Positions 61,049-61,141 of a stretch of DNA of 61,141 bases are shown in pieces; position 1 is the stretch's first letter; the number at the start of each line of letters is the position of its first letter. The position numbers and the translations under genes are program-made. The notes below the pieces were generated by a model. That model had not been told where the DNA came from and searched no databases. It saw nothing but the letters and a program-made list of their open reading frames with translations. This DNA comes from an uncultured Muribaculaceae bacterium (lineage in GTDB: Bacteria; Bacillota_I; Bacilli_A; RF39; UBA660), in contig CAYQJD010000002.1 in NCBI GenBank assembly GCA_964417835.1, positions 1 through 61,141 on the forward strand, in the 5' to 3' direction.

Positions 61049-61068
61049 GATAGGAAACTCGAACTTTT
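61049..61068 (+). repeat. Direct repeat, right copy (attR core) GATAGGAAACTCGAACTTTT
   Basis: Identical to 55453-55472. Confidence 0.85.
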
Positions 61069-61089
61069 TATTCGAGAGTAATAAATATT

Positions 61090-61116
61090 AACTAGAAGTA
61101 CCGTCTAGTTTTTTTG
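61090..61116 (+). terminator. Intrinsic terminator (probably the original ssrA terminator displaced by the island)
   Basis: AACTAGA-AGTACCG-TCTAGTT followed by TTTTT. Confidence 0.6.
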
Positions 61117-61141
61117 TTATTTGAGAATGGAAGTGATGAGT

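Larger units (their letters stand above)
55449..61068. mobile_element. 5.6 kb degenerate mobilizable island inserted at the 3' end of ssrA; no integrase present
   Basis: Bounded by a perfect 20-bp direct repeat (27/30 when extended into the tmRNA CACCA end). Contains a MobV relaxase, candidate oriT, IS21-like fragment, defence-type ATPase-Toprim gene, several in-frame stops and ~700 bp of non-coding debris. Confidence 0.7.

Overview
Origin-of-replication segment of a very AT-rich, endospore-forming Bacillota (Firmicutes) chromosome, flanked on both sides by small MobV-type mobilizable islands. All calls rest on reading the supplied ORF translations and the DNA by eye; no similarity search, RNA folding or composition calculation was run, and RNA and att ends are approximate. 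Core: rpmH-rnpA-yidC-jag-mnmE-mnmG-rsmG-noc and further housekeeping/sporulation genes (prfA, prmC, spoIIR, murA, rpmE, rpiB, spoIID, nifJ, recG) run leftwards on the minus strand. dnaA-dnaN-comK-like-recF-gyrB-gyrA-(2x parS)-SRP RNA-tadA-dnaX-ybaB-recR-bofA-holB-ricT-pth-mfd-spoVT-tatD-ksgA-yabG-spoVG-yabP-yabQ-divIC-tmRNA run rightwards on the plus strand. Gene orientation switches at the rpmH/dnaA intergenic region, which holds DnaA boxes (oriC). Accessory DNA: (i) 1-~3660 is the right part of an integrative mobilizable element with a MobV relaxase, a tyrosine integrase and an orphan HEPN-like (Rx4H) protein. (ii) ~55449-61068 is a 5.6 kb island just 3' of the tmRNA gene, bounded by a 20-bp perfect direct repeat. 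It carries a second MobV relaxase with a candidate oriT, a truncated IS21-like HTH fragment, two unknown ORFs and an OLD/PARIS-like ABC-ATPase+Toprim gene broken by one in-frame TAA. It has no integrase and shows several nonsense lesions. (iii) A three-gene sugar-kinase / Glf-like flavoprotein / ArnT-like GT-C module sits between ksgA and yabG. Non-coding signals not in the ORF track: tmRNA, a minimal SRP RNA, rpmH (40 codons), two tandem parS sites, two perfect Noc-binding sites, and two promoter-plus-terminator-bounded C-rich small-RNA candidates flanking recG. The best candidates for undescribed biology are the HEPN-like orphan, the orf269 + ATPase-Toprim pair on the tmRNA island, the paired sRNA candidates, and the outward-reading promoter with a tmRNA-end-like minihelix at the island's right junction.
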